A stretch of DNA of 64,000 nucleotides. Origin: Candidatus Thorarchaeota archaeon. GTDB lineage: Archaea > Asgardarchaeota > Thorarchaeia > Thorarchaeales > Thorarchaeaceae. The stretch is from the NCBI GenBank assembly GCA_029855935.1, contig JAGSHN010000031.1, positions 32,001 through 96,000 of the forward strand. The letters run 5' to 3'. The translations under genes and the position numbers were made by a program. The notes beneath the pieces were generated by a model. That model was not told the DNA's origin. It searched no databases and was given only the letters and a program-made list of their open reading frames with translations. Position 1 is the first letter of the stretch. Each line of letters begins with the position of its first letter. Positions 27,829 to 37,381 of this stretch are shown here, in pieces.

Positions 27829-28647
27829 ATGGTCAAGGCAGTACCATTTGTACCACCTGAAGTGAAGAAGGCAATGCAGGACGTCAAGCACAAGATAGTC
27901 GTACTGTCTGGCAAGGGCGGTGTCGGCAAGACGACCGTGGCCACCAATCTGGCTATGTCCTTTGCCAAGAAGGGGCTGTCAGCAGGTGTCCTAGATGTGG
28001 ACATCTACGGTCCAAATGTTCCGAAGCTTCTGGGACTGGAGGGGCAGCATCCGCGCGCCGACGAGAACATGATCTATCCGATAGAGGGGCCGCTGAAGAC
28101 CAAGGTCATGAGTATGGGGTTCCTTCTGAGGAAGAGTGATGATGCTGTTGCATGGAGGGGCCCGCTCGTCGCGAAGGCGGTCACACAGTTCTTGGGAAAC
28201 GTGAAGTGGGGCGAACTGGATGTTCTTGTCATCGATCTTCCACCTGGCACAGGTGATGAGATTCTCAGTATTCTCCAGTCAATCCCAGATGCGGATGGGG
28301 TGATTGTGGTGACAACACCCCAGGAGGTAGCGGTGCTGGACGCTAGGAGAGCGATACAGCTCGCTGAGAAGATGGGCGTCCCCGTACTGGGCATCATTGA
28401 GAACATGTCGGAGTTTGTCTGTCCGAACTGTGGCAACTCGTACAAGATCTTCGGAGAGGGTGCAGCCAAGCGAGCGGCCGAGGAATATGGTATTGAGCAT
28501 CTTGGCACCCTGCCGCTGGATCCACGTGTCGTGACCCTCTCTGACGAGGGATCTCCGTTCGTCATCAGTGAGCCCGAGTCAAAGGTGGCGAAGGCATTCG
28601 AGGCGATAGTGGAGAGACTATCTGAGAAGATGGAACTCGATGACTAA
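27829..28647 (+). CDS. Mrp/NBP35 (ApbC) Fe-S carrier ATPase
   Basis: SGKGGVGKT, DLPPGTGD, ENMS..CPNC. Confidence 0.95.
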   Translation: MVKAVPFVPPEVKKAMQDVKHKIVVLSGKGGVGKTTVATNLAMSFAKKGLSAGVLDVDIYGPNVPKLLGLEGQHPRADENMIYPIEGPLKTKVMSMGFLLRKSDDAVAWRGPLVAKAVTQFLGNVKWGELDVLVIDLPPGTGDEILSILQSIPDADGVIVVTTPQEVAVLDARRAIQLAEKMGVPVLGIIENMSEFVCPNCGNSYKIFGEGAAKRAAEEYGIEHLGTLPLDPRVVTLSDEGSPFVISEPESKVAKAFEAIVERLSEKMELDD

Positions 28648-28815
28648 TCAATAGGCGCACCGGTCGGGCCGCGATTTGCCAGCTATTGCTGCTAGGGCGG
28701 TACGTTCCGACCGGGGCCTTGAGTTGTTTTTCAATAACTCAGAAGTCAGCCTGCTGGCGCCCTATGGAGACCCGTCCCTGATCTGACTGTATGCGTGCTT
28801 GCATCTGAAAGGGGC

Positions 28816-29187
28816 CTATTCGGCCTCGCCCTCATCAGAGGCCTCTTCCTCATTCGGCTTCTCGGCCTTGACCTCTTCCTCCTCAATGCTCTCAGCCTTG
28901 GCAGTCCTTGGCGCAATGCCCATCAGATAGAAGTATCCGAGGATCAGGCTGACCAACGACAGGAGGACCGTAACGCCGACCGCACCAGCATAGCCAAACC
29001 AGCTCACCGGGTTGATGACTAGGTTCTCCACAGCGCTGGAGAGAGCAATCTGCTGGAGCCACATCGGAATCACGAACACCAGCGGGATACAGATTATGAT
29101 GAGGAGCACGATGGACATAATAATCTCGGCCATATGAGTTAGAACTCTGCGTATCGTGCTGTCAACTGCCTTCTTTGCCGACGCCAT
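28816..29187 (-). CDS. Two-TM hypothetical protein
   Basis: Hydropathy, acidic tail, TATA CTTTAAAG ~29230. Confidence 0.7.
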   Translation of the reverse strand: MASAKKAVDSTIRRVLTHMAEIIMSIVLLIIICIPLVFVIPMWLQQIALSSAVENLVINPVSWFGYAGAVGVTVLLSLVSLILGYFYLMGIAPRTAKAESIEEEEVKAEKPNEEEASDEGEAE

Positions 29188-29258
29188 GTGTCTGTCTCCT
29201 TCAGTCTGGGACCGACGGGGCTCATGCTTTAAAGATTGCTCTGGAGAGCAGAGGGCTC

Positions 29259-29340
29259 TCGGGGACCCAAAAGGAGAGGAGAAGTGTCAGATGAGAGAGA
29301 GGATGAGTAGCGGTTGGGAATGGGAGGAAGGTCCCCGATT
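29259..29340 (-). ncRNA. Candidate sRNA 1 (terminal stem, CU-rich loop)
   Basis: 9-bp IR 29259..29267/29330..29338; TATA TTTATATT at 29363..29370 (minus). Confidence 0.5.
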
Positions 29341-29426
29341 ATATGATAATACGTTCTACTACAATATAAAGATAGCTTGTGCGTATGATCCTGCAGCGCC
29401 TCGGCTCAGAGTAGCAGAATGGGTAT

Positions 29427-29495
29427 CCGGGGCCATAGAAGAACGCAGGAAGGAGGAGAGAATATGGAGGTGCACAAATAGATGGCCCCGGTTCT
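29427..29495 (-). ncRNA. Candidate sRNA 2 (terminal stem, CU-rich loop with CACCUCC)
   Basis: 10-bp IR 29427..29436/29482..29491; TATA GTTATATG at 29520..29527 (minus). Confidence 0.5.
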
Positions 29496-29626
29496 CCTTG
29501 ATTCCTTGTACAATCAATGCATATAACAAAAGCTGTGATTAATAGTTATTGCGGTACTCGCAATTCAGAGCCCGAGGTATTGACGTCATCGCAACCCTTA
29601 TTAGGAAGTGATTGCGTAGTCCTCAA

Positions 29627-29772
29627 GTGAATGTGCCGGAGAGGCGTGTGACTCGTTTCAAGCGAGAATCCCTCCCACAATCCTGATCGCATTTGAAGTG
29701 CACACATCCTCTCCTCCTCTCAAGCAATCAAAAGCGAACCTTTCTCCTTTTCGCGCCTCCCGGCACACTCAC
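29627..29772 (+). ncRNA. Candidate sRNA 3 (~21-bp terminal stem, CU-rich loop)
   Basis: Arms 29627..29648/29752..29772; TATA CTTATTA at 29597..29603. Confidence 0.5.
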
Positions 29773-29941
29773 TCCATCCATTGTCCTTCTGTTGGTAGGG
29801 CCTGTACTTTGAGGGTGACCCTTTTCCGATACAGCTGTGGCTGCGTACGGGCAGGTCAAGCCGAAATCGTCCAGCCAATTGGACAATCAGTGGAGAAGGA
29901 TACCGCTGTCGCGATGAAACCCTCTACCAGCGGCCTTCTCA

Positions 29942-30328
29942 CTACAAGGTGCACGTGTCAGTCGTCGGCAGAACTGACGTGCGACCGTCATTGAACACCT
30001 CGATAAAGAAGGGATCCTGCGCCTCTCCCACCTTGGTCCACCCGAACTGATCCTTTCGGTAGTACTTGTAGTCACTCGGATCATAGCACACTTCGACGAC
30101 AGACCCCTCTGGAAGTTTCTGGAGATATAGAGAGACCTCTTCTATGGATTCGTGAGAGTACGACTCGCCCAACCGGATATGGTGGATGTGGTCGCTGACC
30201 TCAATCAGCAGAGCAACATACGGATTCGAGTGGGAACCGTGTCTAGACGGGACCGGTGGTCTTCGGCACGAGTACGCACCACTGACTGAACGTAGGACCG
30301 TATAGATACCCTTGTCTATCTGCATCAC
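29942..30328 (-). CDS. Hypothetical protein
   Basis: 128-aa ORF with an AT-rich promoter region upstream. Confidence 0.6.
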   Translation of the reverse strand: MMQIDKGIYTVLRSVSGAYSCRRPPVPSRHGSHSNPYVALLIEVSDHIHHIRLGESYSHESIEEVSLYLQKLPEGSVVEVCYDPSDYKYYRKDQFGWTKVGEAQDPFFIEVFNDGRTSVLPTTDTCTL

Positions 30329-30548
30329 TGTCTCAATCCCGGCTGTTTATCCGGCGGGGTTACCGGCAAGTGTATAATATGAACTCATATGCCCTTATAA
30401 TAGGAGTGCTATGAGGGGGGCCGAAAAAATCGCATAGAGCGCCGGTTCCTCGGCCATTCTCCGCTTCACCAGCCGTATTGTCCCGGCTGCCAACGCAGAA
30501 TGTGCACACTTTGCGAAAAATTGGCCGAATTTTCTTAACAAACGGACA

Positions 30549-31250
30549 TCACGATTGCCGAATGCTATCATGCGCCGCGCCAATCTCGGCGCGCAGTGCT
30601 GGTAGTATCTCGGCAAGTCTACCGAATACCCTCTCCGCCCCAGCCTTCTTCAGCTCAAGTGCATTGGTCTCCCCGGTGGCCACGGCCCAGAAACGCACAC
30701 CGGCCCTCTTGGCCGCAGCAGCATCAATCCTTGCGTCCCCCACGTAGATGGCCTCATCTCGCGACACCGAGAGTTTCTTGAGGAGTGCCAGCAGGCCGTC
30801 AGGGTACGGCTTCGGGTTGGGCGACTCGTTGCGAGTCTGGATGACATCGAAATAGTCGCCGAGAGGAAGACGCTCTAGGACAATCTCCACGGCGTGGCGA
30901 CCATTGTTCGTCAGGATAGCCGTCTTGAGTCCCATCTTGCGTACCTCTGCAACGACATCAAGAACCCCGCGTATGAGCCTCGCGGACTTAGCAGCCTCGG
31001 CCTCGTGCCGGGTCAGTATTTCATCAATCTCGCGGTCCAGCGACTCCCACTCCTCAATGCTCATACCGTGGGAGAGGAAATACTCACGGGCTTTCATCTT
31101 TGTGCTGGAGATACCGTCCTCAGGGTCCAGAAGATCTGGGGGAAGTCCAAGCTCGATGTAGAACTTCTTTGTGTCCGAACGCATAGCATCAAGGGGGAGG
31201 GTGAGTTCGGTAATTGTCCCATCGAGGTCGAAGACGACAGCCCTGAGCAT
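30549..31250 (-). CDS. HAD hydrolase (phosphoglycolate-phosphatase-like)
   Basis: FDLDGTI, TNN, KPYPD, VGDARID. Confidence 0.9.
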   Translation of the reverse strand: MLRAVVFDLDGTITELTLPLDAMRSDTKKFYIELGLPPDLLDPEDGISSTKMKAREYFLSHGMSIEEWESLDREIDEILTRHEAEAAKSARLIRGVLDVVAEVRKMGLKTAILTNNGRHAVEIVLERLPLGDYFDVIQTRNESPNPKPYPDGLLALLKKLSVSRDEAIYVGDARIDAAAAKRAGVRFWAVATGETNALELKKAGAERVFGRLAEILPALRAEIGAAHDSIRQS

Positions 31251-31290
31251 GGCGGTGAACAACCCGAGCGAGGAGGAGACACAGCACTTC

Positions 31291-31977
31291 TTAACGGTTG
31301 CTCCCCGGGCATACTGGGGGTCGAACACGGCTGACGAACTGTCGAAGTACTGTCGTCATCTCGTCCAGTCCCCAGTTGTAGAAGTGGTCAGCGCCTTCAA
31401 TTGTGCGGACAAGTGGATCAGCATTGTCCATCAGCGACGCGATGCGGGTGACATCAGAAACGGATACGACCGAATCACGGTCGCCGTGGAGCAGGAGTAC
31501 CGGGCAGGTGATAGCACTCAGTCTCTCAGCCAGCAACGGCACGTCTGCGGCAATATCGTAGGAGGCGCTTATCGTGACCAAGAACGACACAGATGTCAGG
31601 CCAGCAATGTGCAGTGCCACCGAACCACCAAACGAATACCCAACAACACCAATATCAGGGTGCTGGCTCGCGGAGCGGAGGTGCGAGCGCATCTCGTCCA
31701 TCGCGCTCAGTGCGTCATCGATGGCGCCATCAACACCCGCATAGGGGAGGCCCGACGGTGGACCTCGGAAGTCGAACCTGAGAGTAGCCACTCCAAGTGA
31801 TAGCAGTGTCTCTTCGGTCGCAAGGACTATGCGGTCCTCTTTGCAGCCGCCGTATAACGGATGAGGATGAAGAAGGAGGGCACCACCCTGAGACCATTGG
31901 GGGACCGTCACGATGGCGGGGAGACTCCCACCAGGGCCCTCAATGATCAGTTCTTCACGGCTGGCCAAGTTGCTCAT
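31291..31977 (-). CDS. Alpha/beta hydrolase
   Basis: HPHPLYGG, GYSFG, HGDRD, GADHF. Confidence 0.9.
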   Translation of the reverse strand: MSNLASREELIIEGPGGSLPAIVTVPQWSQGGALLLHPHPLYGGCKEDRIVLATEETLLSLGVATLRFDFRGPPSGLPYAGVDGAIDDALSAMDEMRSHLRSASQHPDIGVVGYSFGGSVALHIAGLTSVSFLVTISASYDIAADVPLLAERLSAITCPVLLLHGDRDSVVSVSDVTRIASLMDNADPLVRTIEGADHFYNWGLDEMTTVLRQFVSRVRPPVCPGSNR

Positions 31978-32443
31978 TCGGGTCCCCACCGTAGTAGAGT
32001 GCCTTTGTGCAGGTATGGGACATGTCCGCCGGGACAACAACGTCCATTCTGACGCGATGAGAGATTCCCTTGGCCAGTGCCTCAACATAGGGCAGACAGA
32101 CCGTGTCGCAATAGACACTGCCCCTCTTCACAAACGCCGCATGCTGCGGACAGTATGGATGCTCCGTTTCCACACGACTGTCATTGACCCACCGGACGCG
32201 AATCTTGGCACCCATAAGACCACCAACGACAAGCCAAGCGTCGAGGGCATCCTGCAGAGAGTCGCCCAGCTCAAGACGTTCTCTGAGGAGCCCAGCGTCC
32301 TCGGTCCCCAGGCGTCTGAAGACCTCTGCCACAGCATCGCGTCCGGCCTCACCAAATCGCTCGTCGAGGACAACAGCCAGCTCCGTCATCAGGCGATAGA
32401 GGTTGTCTCGAATCTCGGCGACCTTCATAGGACTGGGAATCAT
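31955..32443 (-). CDS. V4R/ATC-hydrolase-like small-ligand-binding protein
   Basis: ERFGE, YCP...CDTVC...TC pattern. Confidence 0.55.
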   Translation of the reverse strand: MIPSPMKVAEIRDNLYRLMTELAVVLDERFGEAGRDAVAEVFRRLGTEDAGLLRERLELGDSLQDALDAWLVVGGLMGAKIRVRWVNDSRVETEHPYCPQHAAFVKRGSVYCDTVCLPYVEALAKGISHRVRMDVVVPADMSHTCTKALYYGGDPNEQLGQP

Positions 32444-32687
32444 CCCTCTCACGGCCAGCTTTCGTGCAAGACCCAAATCTCTCACACTCCTAGCACCGAC
32501 TGAGGAGTGACTCCTCATTAGTCTTTGGCAACGCTAGGGAGGGGACGGTACAGGGACTTCTGCCATATCAGGGGGAATACGAGGAACGCGACACATTGTG
32601 TCCTCGAACAATTTATTGCAGGGCCGTTTCAACCTCGGACCCAGTGTCTTCATACAACAACGGAGTGTTGCCGCTGTGACGGACAGG

Positions 32688-33695
32688 ATGGATAGCAGGT
32701 CAATGAGATCAATGGTTGAGATATTCCCCGAGCTCTTGCTTCGAGGGAGCGTGAATCAGGACGTGCTTGAGAGAGCCGATATGATACGTGAGCGCGGAAT
32801 GCAGGGGATATGTCTCGTCGGGATGGGTGGCAGCTCGATCGCCGGCGAGGTGTCCAGAGCGCTCCTCCAAGGAGAAACGGAGATTCCGGTCATCAGCGTG
32901 AGAGACTACCGCCTGCCTCAGGCCGTCAACAGAGAGTGGACAGTTCTGGTCGTGAGCTACTCGGGCAACACAGAGGAGACACTCTCCGCCTTCGATGATG
33001 CCCGTCGTCGTGGTGCCGAGATATTTGCCGTGACAACAGGTGGCAGGCTAGCGGAGCTCGTACACCAAGACGAGATTATCAGACTGAGTTCAGGCCTGCA
33101 GCCAAGAGCTGCACTCCCACATATGTTCTCGCTGGAATACACTCTACTGAGAAGACTGACGGGCCTGCCGGAAGTCGACCTCTCAGATGTAGCCGCTCAC
33201 CTGAAACGGGCAAGAGAGGCCTGGCGTGATGGGAAGCCGATCTCACCACAGAGCATCACATCAGCGCTGATTGACAAGATACCCCTGTTTGTGGGGTGGC
33301 GACATCTGGCGCCCGTGGCATACAGAGCGAAGTGTCAGGTAAATGAGAATGCCAAGGCGCCAGCACTTTACTCTGAGATTCCGGAGTTTGACCACAATGA
33401 GATCGAGGCTTCGGGTAGATACTCGGCTTCGAGAATAGTGCCCATCTTTCTCAGGAGCCATCTGGAGGACGAGAGAGTCGCACTCCGGATACGGGCCACG
33501 ACGGAGGTGATGAGAGAAGAGGGGGCAGATATCGTTGAGATACCTTCCCTTGGTCATGACAGCCTGACGGAGACCCTGGCGGCCATTCTCTTCTGCGATG
33601 AGGTCTCTGTGGACCTCGCTGACAGGCTTGGTGTGGATGCGACTATTGTCAGAAGAATCGAGCGTCTCAAGAGGATCCTCGCAGGCGAGGGCTAG
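32688..33695 (+). CDS. Bifunctional phosphoglucose/phosphomannose isomerase (SIS)
   Basis: GMGGS, SYSGNTEET, QPRAA, ENAK, PEFDHNEIE. Confidence 0.9.
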   Translation: MDSRSMRSMVEIFPELLLRGSVNQDVLERADMIRERGMQGICLVGMGGSSIAGEVSRALLQGETEIPVISVRDYRLPQAVNREWTVLVVSYSGNTEETLSAFDDARRRGAEIFAVTTGGRLAELVHQDEIIRLSSGLQPRAALPHMFSLEYTLLRRLTGLPEVDLSDVAAHLKRAREAWRDGKPISPQSITSALIDKIPLFVGWRHLAPVAYRAKCQVNENAKAPALYSEIPEFDHNEIEASGRYSASRIVPIFLRSHLEDERVALRIRATTEVMREEGADIVEIPSLGHDSLTETLAAILFCDEVSVDLADRLGVDATIVRRIERLKRILAGEG

Positions 33696-34228
33696 ATGAT
33701 TCTCACACCCTCGTATAGGAACTGCACCCGCCGAACCGACTGAGGGGAGTCCAACACACGGTAGAATATCGTAAGTGTGACCTGGAATACCCACGTGTCC
33801 GTGTTGGTCGCGTTGAGTAGGGCTGCCTTATCAAGGTCATCTGTGATTCGTCCACTGACCGTGAAATTGGCTCGATAACCAGGGTATAGCGACCGATTGT
33901 CCGCAGGAATGGTCAGTCGAAAGTTCGTGTAGCTGAGGGAATTGCCATCCAGCTTGACTGCGGCGGTCAGGGACATAAGGTTCGCATCGCCCTGCAGAGT
34001 CAGCGGGACCCTAAACCCGAAGACAAAGTCCAGCCTAGGATTGATGCTGAGGTTTGCCGGATCATAGTCAACAAGGTTGACGGCATTGAGGCGTACGTCC
34101 AGAGTAGAAACCATTGCATAGCTGCCACCATAGTAGGCAGCGTTGCTGACAAGCGTGAAGGCACTGACTAGGGTGATGATGATTGTTGCAACCACTATTC
34201 GGTTCTGGGTCTTGGGGTCGGATATCAT
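33692..34228 (-). CDS. Membrane-anchored hypothetical protein
   Basis: N-terminal TM, beta-rich ectodomain with sequons. Confidence 0.65.
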   Translation of the reverse strand: MISDPKTQNRIVVATIIITLVSAFTLVSNAAYYGGSYAMVSTLDVRLNAVNLVDYDPANLSINPRLDFVFGFRVPLTLQGDANLMSLTAAVKLDGNSLSYTNFRLTIPADNRSLYPGYRANFTVSGRITDDLDKAALLNATNTDTWVFQVTLTIFYRVLDSPQSVRRVQFLYEGVRII

Positions 34229-34284
34229 CGGCGCTCGCTCTCTTCCATCCGGAGACCCAATATCACACTTCCGCTCGGCGCATC

Positions 34285-35151
34285 TTAGAGAAGGAGCGAC
34301 AGTGCAACAATATGAACGATCCACGGAAAGAGCGCAAGGAATGTGGGTAGGGGTATTGCTGGCAGTATGCTGCCCTCGCGTAGAACGACGAAGACGTTGA
34401 CTGCGATACCAAGGGCCCCCAAGAGAAAGGACATACTCCAGACGTAGAACGGAAAATGAGTTATCGCGTGGGCGCCTACCAGCGAGAACACTATGAAGTC
34501 ACCCGCACCGACTGTTGCAGGGCCAGACCTGACATGTGCGTACTCGAATGGATCCTTACCGGGAGATGCAATCAGAGGTTGAGCCCTGGCACGAGGATGG
34601 TAACGGGTGAGGACATAGTCCTCAATGATGACGCTAATAGTGATGACAAAGATGGTACTGGTGAGCATTGTCACTCCGAGAAAAGTGCCGAAGATGCTAC
34701 CATAGAATATCACAAAGAGGTTCCTGATGACAGGAGGGATGACATCGACTATGATCAGAGCCAGTGACATCAGTGACACGCCGAGCGACACGACGAGGAG
34801 AAACCCGTACACGACGCTGGTTGTACCCTTGAACATCACCAGGAGAAGTGTCTCGCCGACAAAGATTGACACAAAGCCGAGAATCGGGGAGACCACGAGC
34901 GCGACGACGAGTCTGCGTCCGCGACGGCTCCCAGTCTGGACTACCCAGTAGAGGGCGCCGACCACGAGAGAGCCAAGTATGGTCGACACGATTGCTTGGA
35001 TGACTAGGCCGTAGAGACTGTAGCTCACCCCTGTGCCTATGGATCGTCCAACGTAGCTGGATGAGAGAACGGCCGAACCCACGGCTGAACCTATGACCAG
35101 AGGAGATAGTGCTACCACCATCAGTCTTGCGCGGTTCCAGTCCACTCTCAT
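34285..35151 (-). CDS. Presenilin/SPP-like GxGD intramembrane aspartyl protease
   Basis: Multi-TM; IIEDY, VGAGDF, LPAIP. Confidence 0.7.
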   Translation of the reverse strand: MRVDWNRARLMVVALSPLVIGSAVGSAVLSSSYVGRSIGTGVSYSLYGLVIQAIVSTILGSLVVGALYWVVQTGSRRGRRLVVALVVSPILGFVSIFVGETLLLVMFKGTTSVVYGFLLVVSLGVSLMSLALIIVDVIPPVIRNLFVIFYGSIFGTFLGVTMLTSTIFVITISVIIEDYVLTRYHPRARAQPLIASPGKDPFEYAHVRSGPATVGAGDFIVFSLVGAHAITHFPFYVWSMSFLLGALGIAVNVFVVLREGSILPAIPLPTFLALFPWIVHIVALSLLL

Positions 35152-35288
35152 AGTACCCACGCCCCGCATTCGAGGCTTGGACTTATAGTCAGTCTGTTCA
35201 CCGCACTGGCGAGCAGCATCGCGTGGACTGAACGCGGAAGAGGGCGTCGACAGCCCGTGGGGGGAATGTTGAGAAAAGAAAGGTAGGA

Positions 35289-35304
35289 GGGGACAATAGT
35301 CCCC
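35289..35304 (-). terminator. Terminator after dppA
   Basis: GGGGAC-AATA-GTCCCC followed on the minus strand by TCCTACCTTTCTTTTCTC. Confidence 0.55.
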
Positions 35305-35330
35305 CTTAGTCTTGTACTACTGACGCCACT

Positions 35331-37187
35331 CTACCGCTGACGCAGGAGGACGTAGCCACCGACGAGAATCACAACAGCAGCGCCAACCGCACCAGCAACG
35401 ATTGCCAGAGTGTAGTCTGGAGCAGTCGTCGTGGTCGTCTCGGTTGTGGTCTCGGTTGTGGTCTCGGTAGTAGTGGTTGTGGTGGAGCGGTCGAGTCCGT
35501 GGAAGTAGTTCGGGTTGTAGGTCAGCTCGGTGAACTCACCTGCAACATACTCGGAGATGTTGAATGGACCACTGGTGACCATACTGTCAGTGGGCGGGTT
35601 GGGCTGCCACTGGTCCCAGTGTTCCGTACCAATTGTCTCGAAGAAGTGCTTCGGGATGATTGGCTTGTATCCGACAGTGTGCAGGTGCCAGTAAGACTCG
35701 GTGTCGAACTCCACAACGACCGTGTACGTCGTGGGAGCGTATGCTGCGGTCATCTCGGAGAGATCCGCACCATACGGGTTGCCTGGCGCATCACGGTAGT
35801 AGTTCAATGAGAACGCTACGTCTTCTCCGGTCAGTGGTGTTCCATCTGTCCATGTGGCGTTCTGTACTAGGTTGAACGTAAACCGTGTATGCCCTTCTGG
35901 GACGTCAGGGTTGGTTGCGTGAGTGTCCGCTGTGTAGCTCTCTGCCAGCCAGAGGATGTCGTGACCCTGCGGGTCAATGGCGATCAGGCTGTCGTAGAGC
36001 TCACTCAGCACGTTCATTGTGTATGCGGAGCTGCTCGCCATGAAGTTGAACGTGTCAACGTCAAGCGGGTTGCTCCAGCGGAACGTGCCACCGAATGGAC
36101 CACCCTTGTCTGTCTTGAGGTGAACCTTGTAGTTCGTCCACCAGCCAGGCACACCACCGCTGACATCGTTCACAAAGCCCTCGAACCTGTCGGTTCTGTA
36201 GGCCGAGAGGAGGATGTTCTCGTAGCAGATGATCATCGGGCTGTCGTAGACCCAGATCCTCTGCATCTCGATGGCTGCCTCATAGACATCCTCGTAGTCA
36301 GTGGAGTGCAGGAGCTGATCTCTCCAGGTGTCGTAGGTGGAGTTCCTCCAGTTCGGGAAGTTGTAGTATGGTTCGTCAGCGTACTCCGACCAGAACTCGT
36401 AGGCCAGCCAGTCGACATCGAAGCTGCCGAAGCTGGAACCAAGGAAGACGATGTCGTAGTCACCGTGGAAGTAGAGTCTGGTGAGGTACTCGTAGAAGTC
36501 CGTTGGGGTGGACACCGCATCAACACCGAGAGCCTTCAGAGCATCGGCGACAATCTGGCCGACCTCAATGGCGATGTTGGAGGACTGTGCACACTCGACG
36601 TTGACTGAGAAGTCAGAGCCGTCGGGTGCCTCAAGCCAACCATCACCGTCGACGTCGGCGAAGCCAGCCCTGGCAAGCAGGTACTTACCATAGCCAACGT
36701 TTGCCTCGTAGTATGTGTAGGGCAGCATCCCCTCAATTGAGAACGGGTTGACCTTTGGCACACAGGAGTCCTGTGGCTCGGACAGACCGTCCCACACGTT
36801 GTCGGAGATCTTCTCCTTGTCAAGGGCAAACGCGAGGGCCCTGCGGAATTCCGTGATGTTGAACGGGTACTTCGCCGTATTGATGGTGACGTATCCGTAG
36901 CCGTTTCGGAGTACGTTGGCCACCTTGATGTTCGCTGCCGCCTCAAGGGTCGGCAGGTGCGTCGGGTCGACCATATCTCCGATCAGATCGATCTGGTCGT
37001 TCTGAAGAGCTAGAACCTGCTGGTCGTCGCCCTCTATCACGTTGAAAACAAGCTTGTTGATATATGGCCCATTCTTGAAGCCGCCAGGAATAGTCTGCGC
37101 CTTGGCATAGATTGGCGACATGGCCATCAACGTGAATGCGGCGACGAGCGAAATAGCAAGTACTCTCTTCGCACGTGCGCTCAGCAT
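35331..37187 (-). CDS. dppA: Peptide ABC transporter substrate-binding protein (family 5)
   Basis: RRALAFALDK, WTDGTPLTGEDVAFS, SGPF; Thr-rich linker and C-terminal TM. Confidence 0.9.
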   Translation of the reverse strand: MLSARAKRVLAISLVAAFTLMAMSPIYAKAQTIPGGFKNGPYINKLVFNVIEGDDQQVLALQNDQIDLIGDMVDPTHLPTLEAAANIKVANVLRNGYGYVTINTAKYPFNITEFRRALAFALDKEKISDNVWDGLSEPQDSCVPKVNPFSIEGMLPYTYYEANVGYGKYLLARAGFADVDGDGWLEAPDGSDFSVNVECAQSSNIAIEVGQIVADALKALGVDAVSTPTDFYEYLTRLYFHGDYDIVFLGSSFGSFDVDWLAYEFWSEYADEPYYNFPNWRNSTYDTWRDQLLHSTDYEDVYEAAIEMQRIWVYDSPMIICYENILLSAYRTDRFEGFVNDVSGGVPGWWTNYKVHLKTDKGGPFGGTFRWSNPLDVDTFNFMASSSAYTMNVLSELYDSLIAIDPQGHDILWLAESYTADTHATNPDVPEGHTRFTFNLVQNATWTDGTPLTGEDVAFSLNYYRDAPGNPYGADLSEMTAAYAPTTYTVVVEFDTESYWHLHTVGYKPIIPKHFFETIGTEHWDQWQPNPPTDSMVTSGPFNISEYVAGEFTELTYNPNYFHGLDRSTTTTTTETTTETTTETTTTTAPDYTLAIVAGAVGAAVVILVGGYVLLRQR

Positions 37188-37381
37188 ATTCTCTGTCTCC
37201 TTCCGAGTCGAAATCGGATTGAGAATCCGTGCGACTAGCATAGATAAAAGCGTTATGATGGACTCGGATACACAAAGATTGCGGAGAACGAAACCCAAGG
37301 AACAACGTCAGGGTACAGTTGCGCCGACGGACGGCGTCCGGAGGACCATCAGTCTCCCAGCCAGCGGTCTGCTATGGCGGT

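Noticed and set aside
29156-29994. ORF-track entries 29156..29542 and 29698..29994
   Set aside because: Non-protein-like composition, no RBS, and they cross AT-rich promoter elements; treated as non-coding.
35426-35485. Short tandem repeats (GTGGTCTCGGTT-like)
   Set aside because: They encode the Thr-rich TTTE linker of DppA; ordinary.
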